Shown: positions 22,366 through 34,809 of the stretch, in pieces
Numbering within the stretch: the first letter of the stretch is position 1
Layout: every line of letters begins with the position of its first letter
Source of the DNA: Felis catus
Taxonomy: Eukaryota
Length of the DNA: 64,000 nucleotides
Assembly: GCF_018350175.1 (NCBI RefSeq)
Contig: NC_058375.1
Span: 20,150,001-20,214,000 of the forward strand
Reading direction: 5' to 3'
Notes under the pieces: model-generated
What the model saw: the letters and a program-made list of their open reading frames with translations, nothing else
Told to the model about the DNA's origin: nothing
The model's database searches: none
Program-made: the position numbers and the translations under genes

Positions 22366-24613
22366 GTGAGTGTTGGGGCCTGCTGTCCCTTGGGAAGCTC
22401 TGTCTCTTCAGAAGAAAAGCTCCCCTGGTCTTCTTTTGGCGTAATAATAGCCTTCAGCGGAAGTAAAATGCCAAGGGTGAAGAGTTGGGGACGGGAAGCA
22501 AGCTGTCGTTTATTGAAGCCCGTTTCCTTGCCAGGTGCTTTATCTGCCTCTATTTCCCGTGATCCTTTAGCAGTTTGAGAAGGACAGGTGTTACTATTCC
22601 CATTTTGCGAATGAGGAAATTGGCTCAAGGGTGTTTGGCACTTTGTCCTCAGTCTTGAGCTAAGTTGTGAGAGAGCCACCGTTGGAACCAGAGTCTGTTG
22701 TAAAACTGTCTTCTGCCCTTGACCGCATGCTGCTGGATTCCTTTTCCATTGAAGAAGTTTTATCTAATTACCTACCTGGTGGTGAGAGTGGGCAAATGTT
22801 AGAAATTGAGCTTAGAAAACAAATACGGGAAAACTTAAAGGCAACCAATCCCAGTCTTCCCAGATACGGTGACCCAAAGTTCGTGGATTTGGGAATTGCA
22901 TTTTGTGGTACAGGCTCTGAGACCTTGAACTTCCTTCTGATACTTTAGCTTGTAATTATATTTTTGAAAATTGGTAAGTTGTGAAAATGTTACCTCATCG
23001 AACAATGATTTTTAGGACATCGATACTGTTTTCACTTAAAGAGACATAGTAACAAGAGGGAGACATTTTGCAAACTGCTTCCTGTGGTGTCAGGCATCTG
23101 ACAAGCTAGAATGTGCTATACTGGGTCTTGATGATCTGAGGCTACTCTGTCATGGACACACTGGCTTGAGAGTGGGAGTCCTGGAATCTCAGCCCAGTTG
23201 TGTGGGTTGGTTGATTTCCCACCAATTCTCTGGTCCTTTCAGTCTACATGTCTGCCAAGTGGAAGAAGGTGGACTTACTGACCTGTAGGACCCCTTCTGG
23301 CTCAAATATTCTTTCTGTGTTAGCGCCAGCACCTCCTGTTTCTCTGCGGGCCAGACTGCCTTATAATAGCATTTGTTCAGTGAACATTTATTGAACACTT
23401 AATGCTTTGTCTGTGGTAGGTATTATGCCAGACCCTTTGGGATTACATAGGTGAATACAGACTGGCCTTTGTTTTCATGGATCTCACGGTGTAGCATGCT
23501 GCCCCCACCCCTTAATAAATGAAGAAGTGGGTGTTCGGGCAAAAGCCCTAGGAACATTAAATGGGGGACTGCCCTAGGTTGGGGGCTCAAGGAAGACTTT
23601 GAGGAAGCGGTGCTTGAGGTATGAAGGATGATTAAGAGATAGCTGGAAGAAGGGAGAGCGGTGAAAAAAGAAGTGGTGTCTTACAGGTATGGGGGTGATG
23701 GTAGCTGCCATGTATGGTTGTCTGCTGGTCCCGTCTTAGACCTTGTCATGCTCCTTGGCTCTTTGTTCACTTAGATTCAGCTCTTCCCCAGGAGGTGGGT
23801 CAGACTCTCGGGCAGGCAGAAACCTGTCCAGCCTTCCCACCTGGTCTCCATGTGTAACACAGTAACTCCTGGGTATTGAGTGCCTACTGTGTACAGGCCA
23901 CCAGGCACATCATTTTTAAGTGCACCCGTTAGGAGCAAAGGCTCTGGAATCAGGTAGACGTGAGTTGGAATTCCAGTCTCCCCCTCCATTTCCTGCTTTA
24001 CCACTGTGTGGCATTGGGTAAATCACGTTTTCTCTGAGCCTCATTTTTCGCAGCTGTAAGGGGGTCTAAATCCTTATCTCATAGGGCTGTTGTGAGGATA
24101 AAAAGAGGTAATGTAGATGAAGTGGCTGGCATTTGAGAATCAAGTTCATGGTCCTTTTCTGAACCTGTTGGAGCCAAAGCAATCCCACTTCTGGGTACAT
24201 ACCCAAAAGAATTGAAAGCAGGGTCTTGAGAGATCTGTACACCCGTGTTCATAGCAACACTATGCACGAGCACCAAAAAGTGGAAGCCATCCAAGCATCC
24301 ACTGATGGATGAATAGTGTCATATATACATATGATGGATCTAATAGAATATCATTCAGCTTTTCAAAGGAAGACGCACAGGAGCACTTCTTGAATGATTT
24401 AATTTATGTGAAGTTCTAGAACAGGTGTATGTTTTCTCCTTCAGATGTTTTAGGGTACCCTCGCCATGGTAAGGTTAAATATCTCCTACCTCTCAGTGTC
24501 TCTTCTTGCCAGGCTGGTGGGAACCGCTCTTTACTCCCCGATCACCCAGCCTTGGTCAGGGAAAGCCTGTGTTCAGGTCTGCCCGCTTAACAGTCTGGGG
24601 CCTGTCATCTTCC

Positions 24614-24840
24614 TTTTTTTTTTTTTTTTAAATGTTTGTTTGTATTTTGAGAGAGAGGGCTTGTGCAAGTGTGTGCACGCACCTGCATACGCGGCGAAGG
24701 GGCAGAGAGAGGGAGAGAGAGTCCCAAGCAGGCTCCACACTCAGCACAGAGTCTGCCTTGGAGACTGATCGCACGACTGTGAGATCATGAGCTGAAATCA
24801 AGAGTCAGAAGCTCGACCGACTGAGCCACCCAGGTGCCCC
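24614..24840 (-). mobile_element. Can-SINE in NUDC intron 2
   Basis: T tail and SINEC body; flanking tggggcctgtc duplicated. Confidence 0.85.
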
Positions 24841-25939
24841 TGGGGCCTGTCTTGTAGAATTAGCCCAGCTGTCCTCATCCTTCCCTGCTCTGCTGGGCTG
24901 TGGTTCCCAAAGATGTGTCTAGTAACAGATGCTTGGCTCTCTGACAGCCTCCTGGTTGGCACCATAGAGTGGGCTCCACACCCCCAGGGGTCTCTGGCTG
25001 GGGTTGAGCCTGGGTAAAGCTGGTGGGAGGAGATTGGGAGGAGGGGTCAGAGACTGCTGTGATTGGCCTTGGCTGTGCCTGGTGGTTCAGCTCTGCCCTC
25101 ACCTAACCTCCAGGAGCTAGGAAGGAACAGGACGAATGGGATGTAACATGATTCACTGGAGCTGGGAGAGGGGAGGGCCCTGCTCCCGCCTCCCCTTGGC
25201 CACTGGTTGGCAAATGGCTTGAGTTCAAGGTCTTCCCGATTAGGGATTTGGGACCAAGGCCCTTTGGTGGAACAGCCTTCGCTGGCGAAATTGTCCCATG
25301 ACTGATTCTATTGACAGCACAATGGCCTTCAGGTGACTCCCTTCTCTTTCACACACACTCCATTTTGTTAACCCATTTGGTTGGGGGATGCTTTTGGTGC
25401 CCTTCAGCCTTGTAGAGTGTAGAACTACTGCCATGTGGCATGAGGTTGGGAGTTTGGGGGTAGCCGGAGGAACTGACATCAAATGAATGAGAAGCCACGG
25501 GGCATTTGGTAGAACCTAGGTCTAGGAGCCCATGGGTGACTTGTGACCCTGAGCCCCACCTACGCCCCTCAGCTCTTGCAGACCCCTCCTTCCATCCAGC
25601 TGTGGCTCAGAGATGTTTGGAAGGTGGTAAATTGACCACCGATCATGTGCTGAGTGCCTGCGAGGCCTCTTCCAGATGTGTGGACAGACACAGGTGGGTT
25701 TCCTGAGTTGGGTATGTTCCTGGGCCTGCTGAGGGTGGAGAGACACTGGAGCTGATCCTGGAGGATGAACAGGAGATTGCCAGGTGACCTGGGAGTAGGG
25801 ACAAGGACATTTTAGGCAAAGAACAACTTATGCAAGATTGTTTTTGGTAATAATGACATAGAAGCACAGAGTGATGACCTCCGGTCACACAGGTAGAAGG
25901 AGTAGTCCGGGAACTCTAGTCTAGGTGTGACTGTCGGGT

Positions 25940-26105
25940 CTGCTTGAGAATTGGGCAGGAGGGCTTGTTAAAAAGACAGGCTGCCGAGCCGCACCCGGAA
26001 TGTCTGATTCAGTAGGTCTGGGGTGGGACTGAGGTTTAGCATTTCTAACAAGTTGTGGGTGATGGTGGTGTTGCGGATGTGGGGAACCACATCTTGAGAC
26101 CTATT
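25940..26105. mobile_element. MER5A-like hAT-Charlie relic
   Basis: ggagggcttgttaaaa...ctgattcagtaggtctggggtggg...gcatttctaacaagtt...ggaaccacatcttgaga matches recalled MER5A text. Confidence 0.7.
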
Positions 26106-27143
26106 GGTATGAATAGGTGGGCCATCTCTCCCATTGTATTTTTATAGGGGAGAACATACTTGTCCCCACCCCTAACCGGCTGACACTGGATTAGCCTCAG
26201 TCGGGCAAGGGGTGTTAGGAAGCTAACACTGTGTATGTGGCTGTGATGTGGCAAGGACCGTGCCAGCCTCTTGGTAAGCACTTGTCCTATTCGATTCTCG
26301 TGACAGGTAAGAAAACTGGGGCTTAGAAAGTGTCAAAGTCATTCACTTGTCCAAGGCCACGCAGCCAGCTAGTGACAGTGGCAGTAGTATTGTGGTAGCT
26401 CTTGGGCAGCAGGGAGACCAGCTAGCAGGATGTGGGTTGGAAACATTCTGGGAAGGCACAGTGGGAGAGGAAGGATTTGACGTTGATAGCTCTTGGGCTG
26501 AGGAGAGGAGGAGTCTAGCCTTTTCCCTCAAGAAAGCTCTTTCTGGCTTCCTGCTAATGTGGTGATTCTGGATGTGTTGGCTGAGTTGCTGCTGTCCTGG
26601 AGACAGGTACGCATGGGGAAGAGATCAGTCAGGGAAGCAGGTCAGTGCAGGCCTGCAGGCTCAGGAAAGGTCTCTTGGGCGGAGACTGGAGTTCTGTTCA
26701 TAACAGCCCTGCTCTGTAGGGAAGGACCTTCTGAGCACTTACCATTGGGTCTGCACAACAGCCCTGTGAGGTATAGGGATTCATCCTCACAGGTGAGGAG
26801 TCTGAAGCTCTTACAGGTTAAGTTCTTTGCCAAAAATACAATAGCTAGTGTGTGACAGCTTGGGTTAGAACTCAGCCCGTCTGGCTTCACTGTCGTGTTC
26901 TTAGTCACTAGACTGTGTGTTTTTTAAGTAACCACTGTTTATCATGCCAGGTACTTTGCAGCTGTTCATTCGAGTTCTGAGATAGGTGTGTACAGTGTCC
27001 CCCCCGTTGTATAGATGGGGAGCTTGGGTTCTGAGTGCAGTGCCTTTGCCCAGGCACCCAGTAGATAGAGGCGGGACTGGACTCCAGGCCTTGGGATACT
27101 GGCCCCAGCCCCAGGGTCTCCTCGCCTTCTGTCCCTCCCCCAG

Positions 27144-27347
27144 CTCATCACACAGACCTTCAACCACCACAATCAGCTGGCGCAGAAGGCCCGGCGGGAG
27201 AAGAGATCTCGGCAGGAGAATGAGCGGCGGGAGAAGGCCGAGCGGGCAGCCAGGCTGGCCAAGGAGGCCAAGTCAGATACCTCTGGGCCCCAGATCAAGG
27301 AGCTGACAGATGAGGAGGCAGAGAGGCTGCAGCTGGAGATTGACCAG
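27144..27347 (+). CDS. NUDC: NUDC exon 3
   Basis: ccccag|[20 protein letters not shown]...LQLEIDQ|gtaaga; 204 nt. Confidence 0.97.
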
Positions 27348-27424
27348 GTAAGATGGGCTCCCTGCACCCCCGTCAGCACTGGCAGCGAGGATGCTCTTGC
27401 CAACTGCTGTGCCCTTCACCACAG

Positions 27425-27490
27425 AAAAAGGATGCAGAGAATCATGAGGCCCAGCTCAAGAATGGCAGCGTTGGCTCACCAGGGAAGCAG
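27425..27490 (+). CDS. NUDC: NUDC exon 4
   Basis: cacag|[22 protein letters not shown]|gtgagt; 66 nt. Confidence 0.95.
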
Positions 27491-28259
27491 GTGAGTTGGA
27501 CTGGGGGTGCCTAGTCAGGGGCTTGGAAACTTCTAGGGACTCTGTAGCCTTTCCCCATGTCTCGGATGCTTTCCCCTATGCCCTTTCCCTCAGCTTTGGG
27601 GGTCCTCCCCATCCTTCAAGATCCCACTCCTAGACATTGGACCACAGGATTGGGTTTAAAAAAAACCTACTGGTCTTAAAGCCTTGGCAGGAGAGCCTAA
27701 GAGCCAGAGAGAGACAGGTATCATTTGGGTGGGCTGGGGTTTGTGGGCCCAGCCTGGCCCTTTGTGGCGATATATGTGGGGGATGTGCCCCTGGGGCTCC
27801 TCCCTCTCAAGTCCAGCTTCCCAAACAACGCTTGGGCATTCATTTGTCTTTCGAGAGTTTCTGGTCTGACAGGAGTCTCAGCCCCACAGACACAGAAAAA
27901 GAAAATTGATCATTCGGCAGCCTGGTTTTATTTTAGAACCCTGTTCATAGCCACCTTGTGACCTTCTGTTTTGTGCTGGGCTTTCTTTCCAAGTCCCTTG
28001 GCTTGGATCCCCAGCTAGGTTCCATGGGTCCATCTCTGACTGTCACTGTTCACCAACTGTGTCCTTTGTCACATGGTATGCTGCTTGTCTCAGAGATCAG
28101 AGCCATTTTTTTATCTCTGGCTCCCAGTGGGCCCTGGAGTGGGCAGGGACCAGGTCTGTTTCATTTTGCGGCTGTATGCCCAGTGCCATCCCTGGGCCTG
28201 GCTCAGCGGGGTTCAGTCTGTCTGTCAGGTAAGTAGCTGAGCACCCCAATTGTGAGCAG

Positions 28260-28379
28260 GAGGCTGAGGAGGACGAGGAGGAGGAGGATGAGAAAGACAA
28301 AGGGAAACTGAAGCCCAACCTTGGCAACGGGGCCGACCTGCCCAATTACCGCTGGACCCAGACCTTGTCGGAGCTGGAT
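28260..28379 (+). CDS. NUDC: NUDC exon 5
   Basis: gagcag|[40 protein letters not shown]|gtgagt; 120 nt. Confidence 0.93.
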
Positions 28380-28455
28380 GTGAGTGGCCGGGGCTCGGGT
28401 TAGGAGGTTAGGGAGCCAGCCTGGGGCTCCTGCTGACCTCCCCTGCCCCATGCAG

Positions 28456-28650
28456 CTGGCGTTGCCCTTCCATGTGAACTTCCGGCTGAAGGGGAAGGAT
28501 GTGGTGGTGGACATCCATCGGCGGCACCTCCGGGTGGGCCTCAAGGGGCAACCAGCGATCATTGACGGGGAGCTCTACAACGAGGTGAAGGTGGAGGAGA
28601 GCTCGTGGCTCATTGAGGACGGCAAGGTGGTGACGGTGCATCTGGAGAAG
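28456..28650 (+). CDS. NUDC: NUDC exon 6 (CS/p23 domain)
   Basis: tgcag|[20 protein letters not shown]...VTVHLEK|gtgtga; 195 nt. Confidence 0.97.
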
Positions 28651-28787
28651 GTGTGAGCGGCCTGGTCTCCTGGTCTGAGTCCTGATGGAGAAAGGAGGGA
28701 GGGTGTCTGCTCATTCACTCAGGGACCATGCCGGGGGCCTAGTGGACACATTTAATCTGCACAGGACTTTCAATGTAGGTCTGTCTC

Positions 28788-29024
28788 ATTTTATTTTATT
28801 AAAAAAAAAATGTTTTTACGTCTATAAGGGGGAGAGAGAGAGAGAGAGAGATAGCATGTGAGCATGGGAGGGGCAGAGAGAGAGACCGAGACAGAATCTG
28901 AAGCAGGATCCAGGCTCTTAGCTGTCTGCATAGAGCCCAGCATGGGGCTCGAACTCAAGAGCTGTGAGATCATGACCTGAGCCAAAGTTGGACGCTCAAC
29001 CAACTGAGCCACCCGGGTGCCGCG
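28788..29024 (-). mobile_element. Can-SINE in NUDC intron 6
   Basis: SINEC body in reverse orientation with (GA)n. Confidence 0.85.
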
Positions 29025-29816
29025 CACCCCCCCCCCCCCCCGTTTTTTTAATTTTTGAAAATTTTTTTTTTATGGTTCGATCTAAAATTCCTATTTTAGA
29101 ATCAGGAAAAGGGCAGTTCAGATTTGCCCAGGCTCCTGCCTGTAGGTAGGGATGGAGTCACGATTGAGGCTTTGATACCAAAGCATCTTGTTTTACATTA
29201 GGTTCGTACATGCATTCAATGCAGCAAATACCTGAGTATGTACTATGTGCCAGACACCGTTTTAAGTGCTGGTGAGAGAGCAATGAGCAAAACATAGAAA
29301 ATTGCCTTCAGGAAGCCTCGCCTCATTCCCTCAGAGATGCAACACAGACACCCGTAAATAAACGTAGTCTCTGTAAAGTGCCACGAGTCAAAAGAAAGCT
29401 TTCCATGGCACGTCAGGCCTGTCCCAGCCTACCTGCCTTTCACTCACCTCTCCCATGTCCTTGCACTAGCTTCTCCCAACTGGAATGTCCTCTCTTGCTT
29501 TTTCATCTGGTGTACCATGTGTCCCTCAGGCCTAGTCCTGGTGCCACTCGAACTTCTGTCCCTCTACCCTGGATGAATAGCTCCCTCTGCACTTCATTTT
29601 TGCCCTGATGACACTGATTTGTAACTGTCTCCATTTGCTTCCCAAGCCACTGGGGATGGCAGGTCTTGCCCATCTGCACCCTAGGTCCCCGCACAGGGCT
29701 TTGTGGGGCCCAGGTACAGGATAGAGGAGAGAGTTGGGTTTTGGAAAGGTTGGGGGGTGGTTCCTAGGGTACAGAGTGAGCTACCTCCCATCTCCCGGTG
29801 GTTCCCCTCCTCACAG

Positions 29817-29900
29817 ATCAACAAGATGGAGTGGTGGAGCCGTTTGGTATCCACTGATCCTGAGATCAATACCAAGAAGATCAACCCTGAGAACTCCAAG
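29817..29900 (+). CDS. NUDC: NUDC exon 7
   Basis: tcacag|[28 protein letters not shown]|gtgagc; 84 nt. Confidence 0.97.
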
Positions 29901-29994
29901 GTGAGCCTTAGCTGGTTGTGTTGGGCCTCAGCTGGGAGGTGAGGGCCTAGGTGGCCCCAGAGCTTCACCCATCTTTGTCACTGCCTGCCCTCAG

Positions 29995-30113
29995 CTGTCA
30001 GACCTGGACAGTGAGACCCGCAGCATGGTGGAAAAGATGATGTACGACCAGAGGCAGAAGTCTATGGGGCTGCCCACCTCGGATGAGCAGAAAAAGCAGG
30101 AGATTCTGAAGAA
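29995..30113 (+). CDS. NUDC: NUDC exon 8
   Basis: cctcag|[39 protein letters not shown]|gtgagc; 119 nt. Confidence 0.97.
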
Positions 30114-30531
30114 GTGAGCAATGCAGAGATGGAGGCTTGGGGGGTGGGGGGGTAGTTCTGGGGGGGAGGTGGGTGTTGGGTCTAGGCCTGGGTGACAGCA
30201 GTGAGTGGGTCACTGAGCAGGACACAGGGGCCTCCCTTCCCCTTCCAGAATGAGCCAGCCAGGTTTATGGATTGATAGCCTCAGCTTGCCTACTCTAATC
30301 ACTTTCTGAGGTCATCTTGAGGGCAAGGCCACCTCAGGGTAGGAAGGGAGAACACAAGCGGTCATTGCCATCTATAGGAAAACCCTGAGGCTCTACCGCT
30401 TGCCTGGCCTGGCTCCAAGTTGCTCAGGGTTCTAAAGAAATTAGACCTGACGTGGGAGGTTGGGAGAAAGGGGCTAAGTTTCCGGGAGAGGGACGGCCTG
30501 ATTTACCTTCTTCCTACTTTTCCTTCCCCAG

Positions 30532-30583
30532 GTTCATGGATCAGCATCCGGAGATGGATTTTTCCAAGGCCAAATTCAACTAG
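30532..30583 (+). CDS. NUDC: NUDC exon 9 (last coding exon)
   Basis: ccccag|(K)FMDQHPEMDFSKAKFN-TAG. The nine exons sum to 999 nt = 332 aa. Confidence 0.97.
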
Positions 30584-30780
30584 CCCGTATATGCCTCCCT
30601 GAACTCTTGGGGCTGAACCCCAGCCATCCACCTTTTCCTACCCTTCCCTGGGACTTGGGGGCCTCAGGGCTGGGACAGGTATGGGACTGGCCCAGACACA
30701 CTGGTCCCAGGGCATCATGGGAGAAGGGCTGGGGCCTTGTGGGGGGTGTCTTATCTTCCCCAGTTGGCCTACTGTTACAC

Positions 30781-30786
30781 ATTAAA
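30781..30786 (+). terminator. NUDC polyadenylation signal ATTAAA
   Basis: About 200 nt after the stop, followed by a T/C-rich downstream tract. Confidence 0.7.
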
Positions 30787-31896
30787 ACTATTTACTCCAC
30801 CTGTTTTCTCTTCCCTCTGGTCTTTCCCTGGGGGACAGGCCTCTTATTGCTGGTGCTGGGGGCTTGGCTTTTAGCCCAGCTTCTGCCATGTGACCTAGAG
30901 CAAGTCCTTACACCTCTCTGGGGCTGTTTCTCATTACTTAGAGGGAAAATTAAAACAAGGCTTTTAGTCTGTGACTGAGCAAAGGTGAGTGTTTCTGGAT
31001 ACAGGGATCAGAATACGTGTCATATTCTTAAAGGGGCCCATGACTCAGCAGAATTTAAGACCCACTGGAGTTGATTCCGTTTTCATCTCTAAGACAGTTT
31101 CTCACTGTGGACATTCTCAATCTTGGAGAGGCCTTGACCCGGATGAGATAGCAGAGCTGAAGGAAAGGGGACAGTCTTGTCACTGGTACTGGGGCCTTGT
31201 GGTCACAGTCCCCAAGGGGACCATCTCCATTTTGTGTATTTGATAGGGAGCTGGATAGTTTGCCTAGTTGTCGCTTGACACAAGGTGCCTGTGAGATAAT
31301 AAGATGCTGTGGGGGGTGAGGTGGATCCTGGATGTCTAGCTTGTTCAGTCAAGAATGGGCTGGTGGGTCTGCTTTCTCCTCATTGCTGAGAGCACTAAGA
31401 CACTCCTGTGTGTGAAGAGTAGCTAAGTAGGATCCTTCTGGACCCAGCTGGACTCTGATGTCCAAACAAGGGGACCCTACTTCTACCCCAAGCAGGTCAG
31501 CTTGCTAACTTTGGGGCAAAACTGCCAAGAGGCCAGCTTCCAGGTTGAGAGCCACAGTTACTTGTCATGTGGCCAAGTTCCTTGAACCCTCTGAGCCCCA
31601 GCCTCTTGGTCCATGAAAGGATGACCCCATTCCAGGGTTGTTGGGAAGGTCCAGAAGATCCCAGTGGACCACAGTGCTGTCAGAACCAGGGAGAGGTAGA
31701 GGGAGCCGAACTGCAAGTTGGAGGCTGGGTGGGGGCTGACCCATCCTCAGGGATTTGGGGAAACTGCAGGGATGGGCAGTGAACTGGGGCAGCGGGGGGG
31801 GGGGGGGGGGGGCGGCTGGGGCTAGGCCTACCTAAAAGAATCCCTCAACAATGACAAAGCACTTGTTAGACCTTCCTTAGGTACAGAAACTGCTTC

Positions 31897-31902
31897 TTTA
31901 TT
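31897..31902 (-). terminator. KDF1 polyadenylation signal AATAAA
   Basis: tttatt on the plus strand about 700 nt past the KDF1 stop. Confidence 0.7.
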
Positions 31903-32603
31903 GGGGAAACCTGACAGGTAGACATTCTTGGTATCATTTTAGCCTTATGACTGCCCCACAACACTGAGGCAGGCTGGGCACCCTATCATGTCTCTTGTGC
32001 AGCGGCCAAGCAGATTGAACAGAAAGGACAGTATCTGCTGAGATGACCAGGCCGTCTTCTGTTACCTTTGTCCTTGCAACTGTGGTTGTGTTAGCATCCA
32101 GAACACCATCAGCCAAGAAACAACAGAACATAATGTGGAGTGGGCACGGCCCACAGAATTCCAGACAGGCCCTGCCTGCTCCCTAACCCAATCCATTAAA
32201 ATAAGCTTCTTTGAGCTGTCACCCTCTCCCTCCCCATCACGGGGAGAGGGAGGTTGGCATGTTTGGTTTTGGGGTATATGTTAAGGGGATAGAGATAGGA
32301 TTCAATCCCAGAAGGTAATTTCGAAGTCTTTGCTTTCCATGACCGAGGCTGCCTGAAGACCAGGGGCAGGAAGGAGCAGGCCCAGGCAGGGGTCAGGCCA
32401 GCAGGGGATCCAGGGGGATATGGGCACAGTGGCCCAGTGAAATGCACATGGTCCAGGAACCAGTCAGCTGAGGCAGGAGGAGCCACGGTGGCCACTGCTT
32501 CTGGTCTCATGGTCCAGCTTCCTCCAAAGGGGGTCCTGCTTCCCCTCTTCATGCTGTGGGCTATACTCCCAGAAGGGGTTGCCACCACTGGGCCTGGTTG
32601 GGG

Positions 32604-32686
32604 TTAGCAGTACACCTGGAGCAGTGGTGCTCCTGATGAATCTGTGTCTGTGCCCTGGAAGGACGAGTCGTGGCTGGCTGGGTATC
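32604..32686 (-). CDS. KDF1: KDF1 last coding exon
   Basis: cccttctcag|(G)YPASHDSSFQGTDTDSSGAPLLQVYC-TAA; 83 nt; not in the ORF track. Confidence 0.93.
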
Positions 32687-33243
32687 CTGAGAAGGGAAGA
32701 GGAAACAGGCTCAGAGAGGGGAAGGAGCTCATCTAGGTCCCAGGGACAGGGAAAAGCCTGCTGAGAAGGAGCAGAGTAGGACTTGAGCTTGGGTCAGTCT
32801 GATCCTGGCTGGGTGACCCACTCGGTTTCTTGACCTCCCTGAGCCCCAGCCTTGCTGTCTGTAAATGGGTAATGACCTCACTCCCGGGGGCTGGTGAAGA
32901 CCAACAGAACAGTAGTAGCACACAGGGTAGAGTGCCTTTTCAGCACCAGTGGATAGCACCCCCTCCCCCCCCCCCCCCGCCCCTTCACTGTCCTCCCCAG
33001 TAATATGGGCTTAGATGCAGCTTCTGAACCCTGCGTTCAGGGACAGCCCCCTGAATGTCTCCCAAGTGAACCCTTTAAGCCAGCCTGCAGGATTGGGATG
33101 GGGTCTGGCTGCTCGGGCTTCTGGTCCCTTTCTGATCCCATGCCCACCCACCCCAGGAGGAAGCTGAGAGGGGAGAATGGAGGGGGGTTGCCAGAGGGGA
33201 CTGTAGGGCAGTGTCCTCTGTACTAGTCAGGTCAGGACCAAAC

Positions 33244-33318
33244 CTGGGGCTCCATAAGGCCTCAGCTTCCTGGCGATGGCATCTGCAGTGGTCTCCTGGG
33301 AGATCTGCACTGTGAGTT
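33244..33318 (-). CDS. KDF1: KDF1 middle coding exon
   Basis: ccctccctag|(E)LTVQISQETTADAIARKLRPYGAP|gtttgg; 75 nt. Confidence 0.93.
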
Positions 33319-33773
33319 CTAGGGAGGGAACAGGAGGGGGCAGTAGTCATTATCACATCCTTTTAACCCTAGCCCCCACCAGCTCCCAGCCCGATGAAGG
33401 AGGGGTCACCTACCCCTTGGCTGGGTCAGAGAAACAGTGTTTAAAACAAAGACACAGGCAGTGTGTGTGCGTGTACACACGCATCTGTGCGGTGGTGGGT
33501 GGGTAGGGGTTTTGGTTAGGGCAAAGGTCCAAATTCATAATGGGCTCCTGGTCCTCTTAACCAGGTTAGGCCTGCAAGTTACTCTGGCAGGTGGTAGCAG
33601 GGGACAGAAGGAGCCTCTTAGGGGATGCAGAGGAGTTCAGAAAAGGCAGGAAAAGGAGGAAGAGCAGCGACTGGCTGAAGGGTGGACCCACAGTGGCCCC
33701 AGACCCCAGCGCAGCCCTCCCTTGGTCAGCACCTCCTCTGCTCTGCCCCTCAGCCATGTGGAGCTCCACCTAC

Positions 33774-34809
33774 CATCCTGGCTGAGCCCTGAGCCCACCA
33801 TGGTCTCATGGCCACTGTCAGGGGCGGCAGCAGGGGCAGCACCCCGTGTGGAGCGCCCCTCTGTGGTCTGCGGGCGGGTGCGGCTTTTGCGGGTACTGAT
33901 GCGAATGATACCACGAACCAGGCGGCCCTCGGCATCCTGCTCATCCAGGTGGTAGTCCTGGGTGATGCTGCTGATAAGGTCCGAGATTTTACTGGTCTTC
34001 TCCAGGAACACAGTGTCTGATGTGCACTTGGCCAGCTCGTCGATCTGGTGCACACTGAACAGCTCTGTCAGCTTCTTGAAGATGAGCACATCAATCTCTC
34101 GGCTGGACATGGAGCCGCTTCCTATCTCGGGCAGATCCAGGTCTGACTCGTGGAAGGAGTAGTACTCTTCAGAGCCACGGGGGCTGCTGGCAAGGGTGCT
34201 AGGCAGGCTGTGCCGCATGGGTGGGGGCTCGGCCAGTGGCTCCTTGCAGCAGGAGTCCGCATCAGGGGCTGGGGAGGTGGCACTGCGGTAGGGATATACA
34301 GGGATGCCTTTGAGCTTGACGTCAGGGTAGCTGAAACTGCTACCCATGGTTGACTTGAGCCGTTGGCCATCCCGCTGACCAGGAGGTGCACGGTCGGGAC
34401 TGGGGGGCACTCCATTGTGTTCTTTGGACCAGTTGGTGTCAGTAGCCCTCTCAGGGGAGTCCCCAGCAGACAAGCAGGGGCTGCCACCCCGCACGCAAGC
34501 CCCGCAACGCTGGAGGCAATTCCGGCATCGGCGGAAGCAGAAGGCAGCCCGGCACCAGTCCCACACCCAGGGTCGCCAGAGCAGGCAACAGGCCGGGGGC
34601 TCAGCAGCGGCCTCAGCAGAGCCGGAAATGAAGGTAAGGCTCTCAGGCCCATGGTGGCCAGGGTCCTTGGGGTCTGGCCTGCGGGTGCGGCGGCTTGGTG
34701 GGGGTTGGGATGGCTCATCAAAAGTCTCCAGGCATAGCTCTGTTGGCCGCTCCCAGGGTCCCAGGCGTGGGGGCCCAGATGATGGGCGGGGGTGTCCGGG
34801 GCGGGGCAT
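33774..34809 (-). CDS. KDF1: KDF1 (keratinocyte differentiation factor 1) first coding exon
   Basis: MPRPGHPRPSSGPPRLGPWERPTELCLET..., Cys-rich segment, ...EIDVLIFKKLTELFSVHQIDELAKCTSDTVFLEKTSKISDLI...GLSQD, donor G|gtaggt. The exon acceptor is at 34841. Total CDS 1194 nt = 397 aa. Confidence 0.96.

Noticed and set aside
33637-33773. Tail of the 390-aa KDF1 ORF (GRWSSTWLRG...)
   Set aside because: Intron read-through; splicing to two further exons gives the known ...LLQVYC end.
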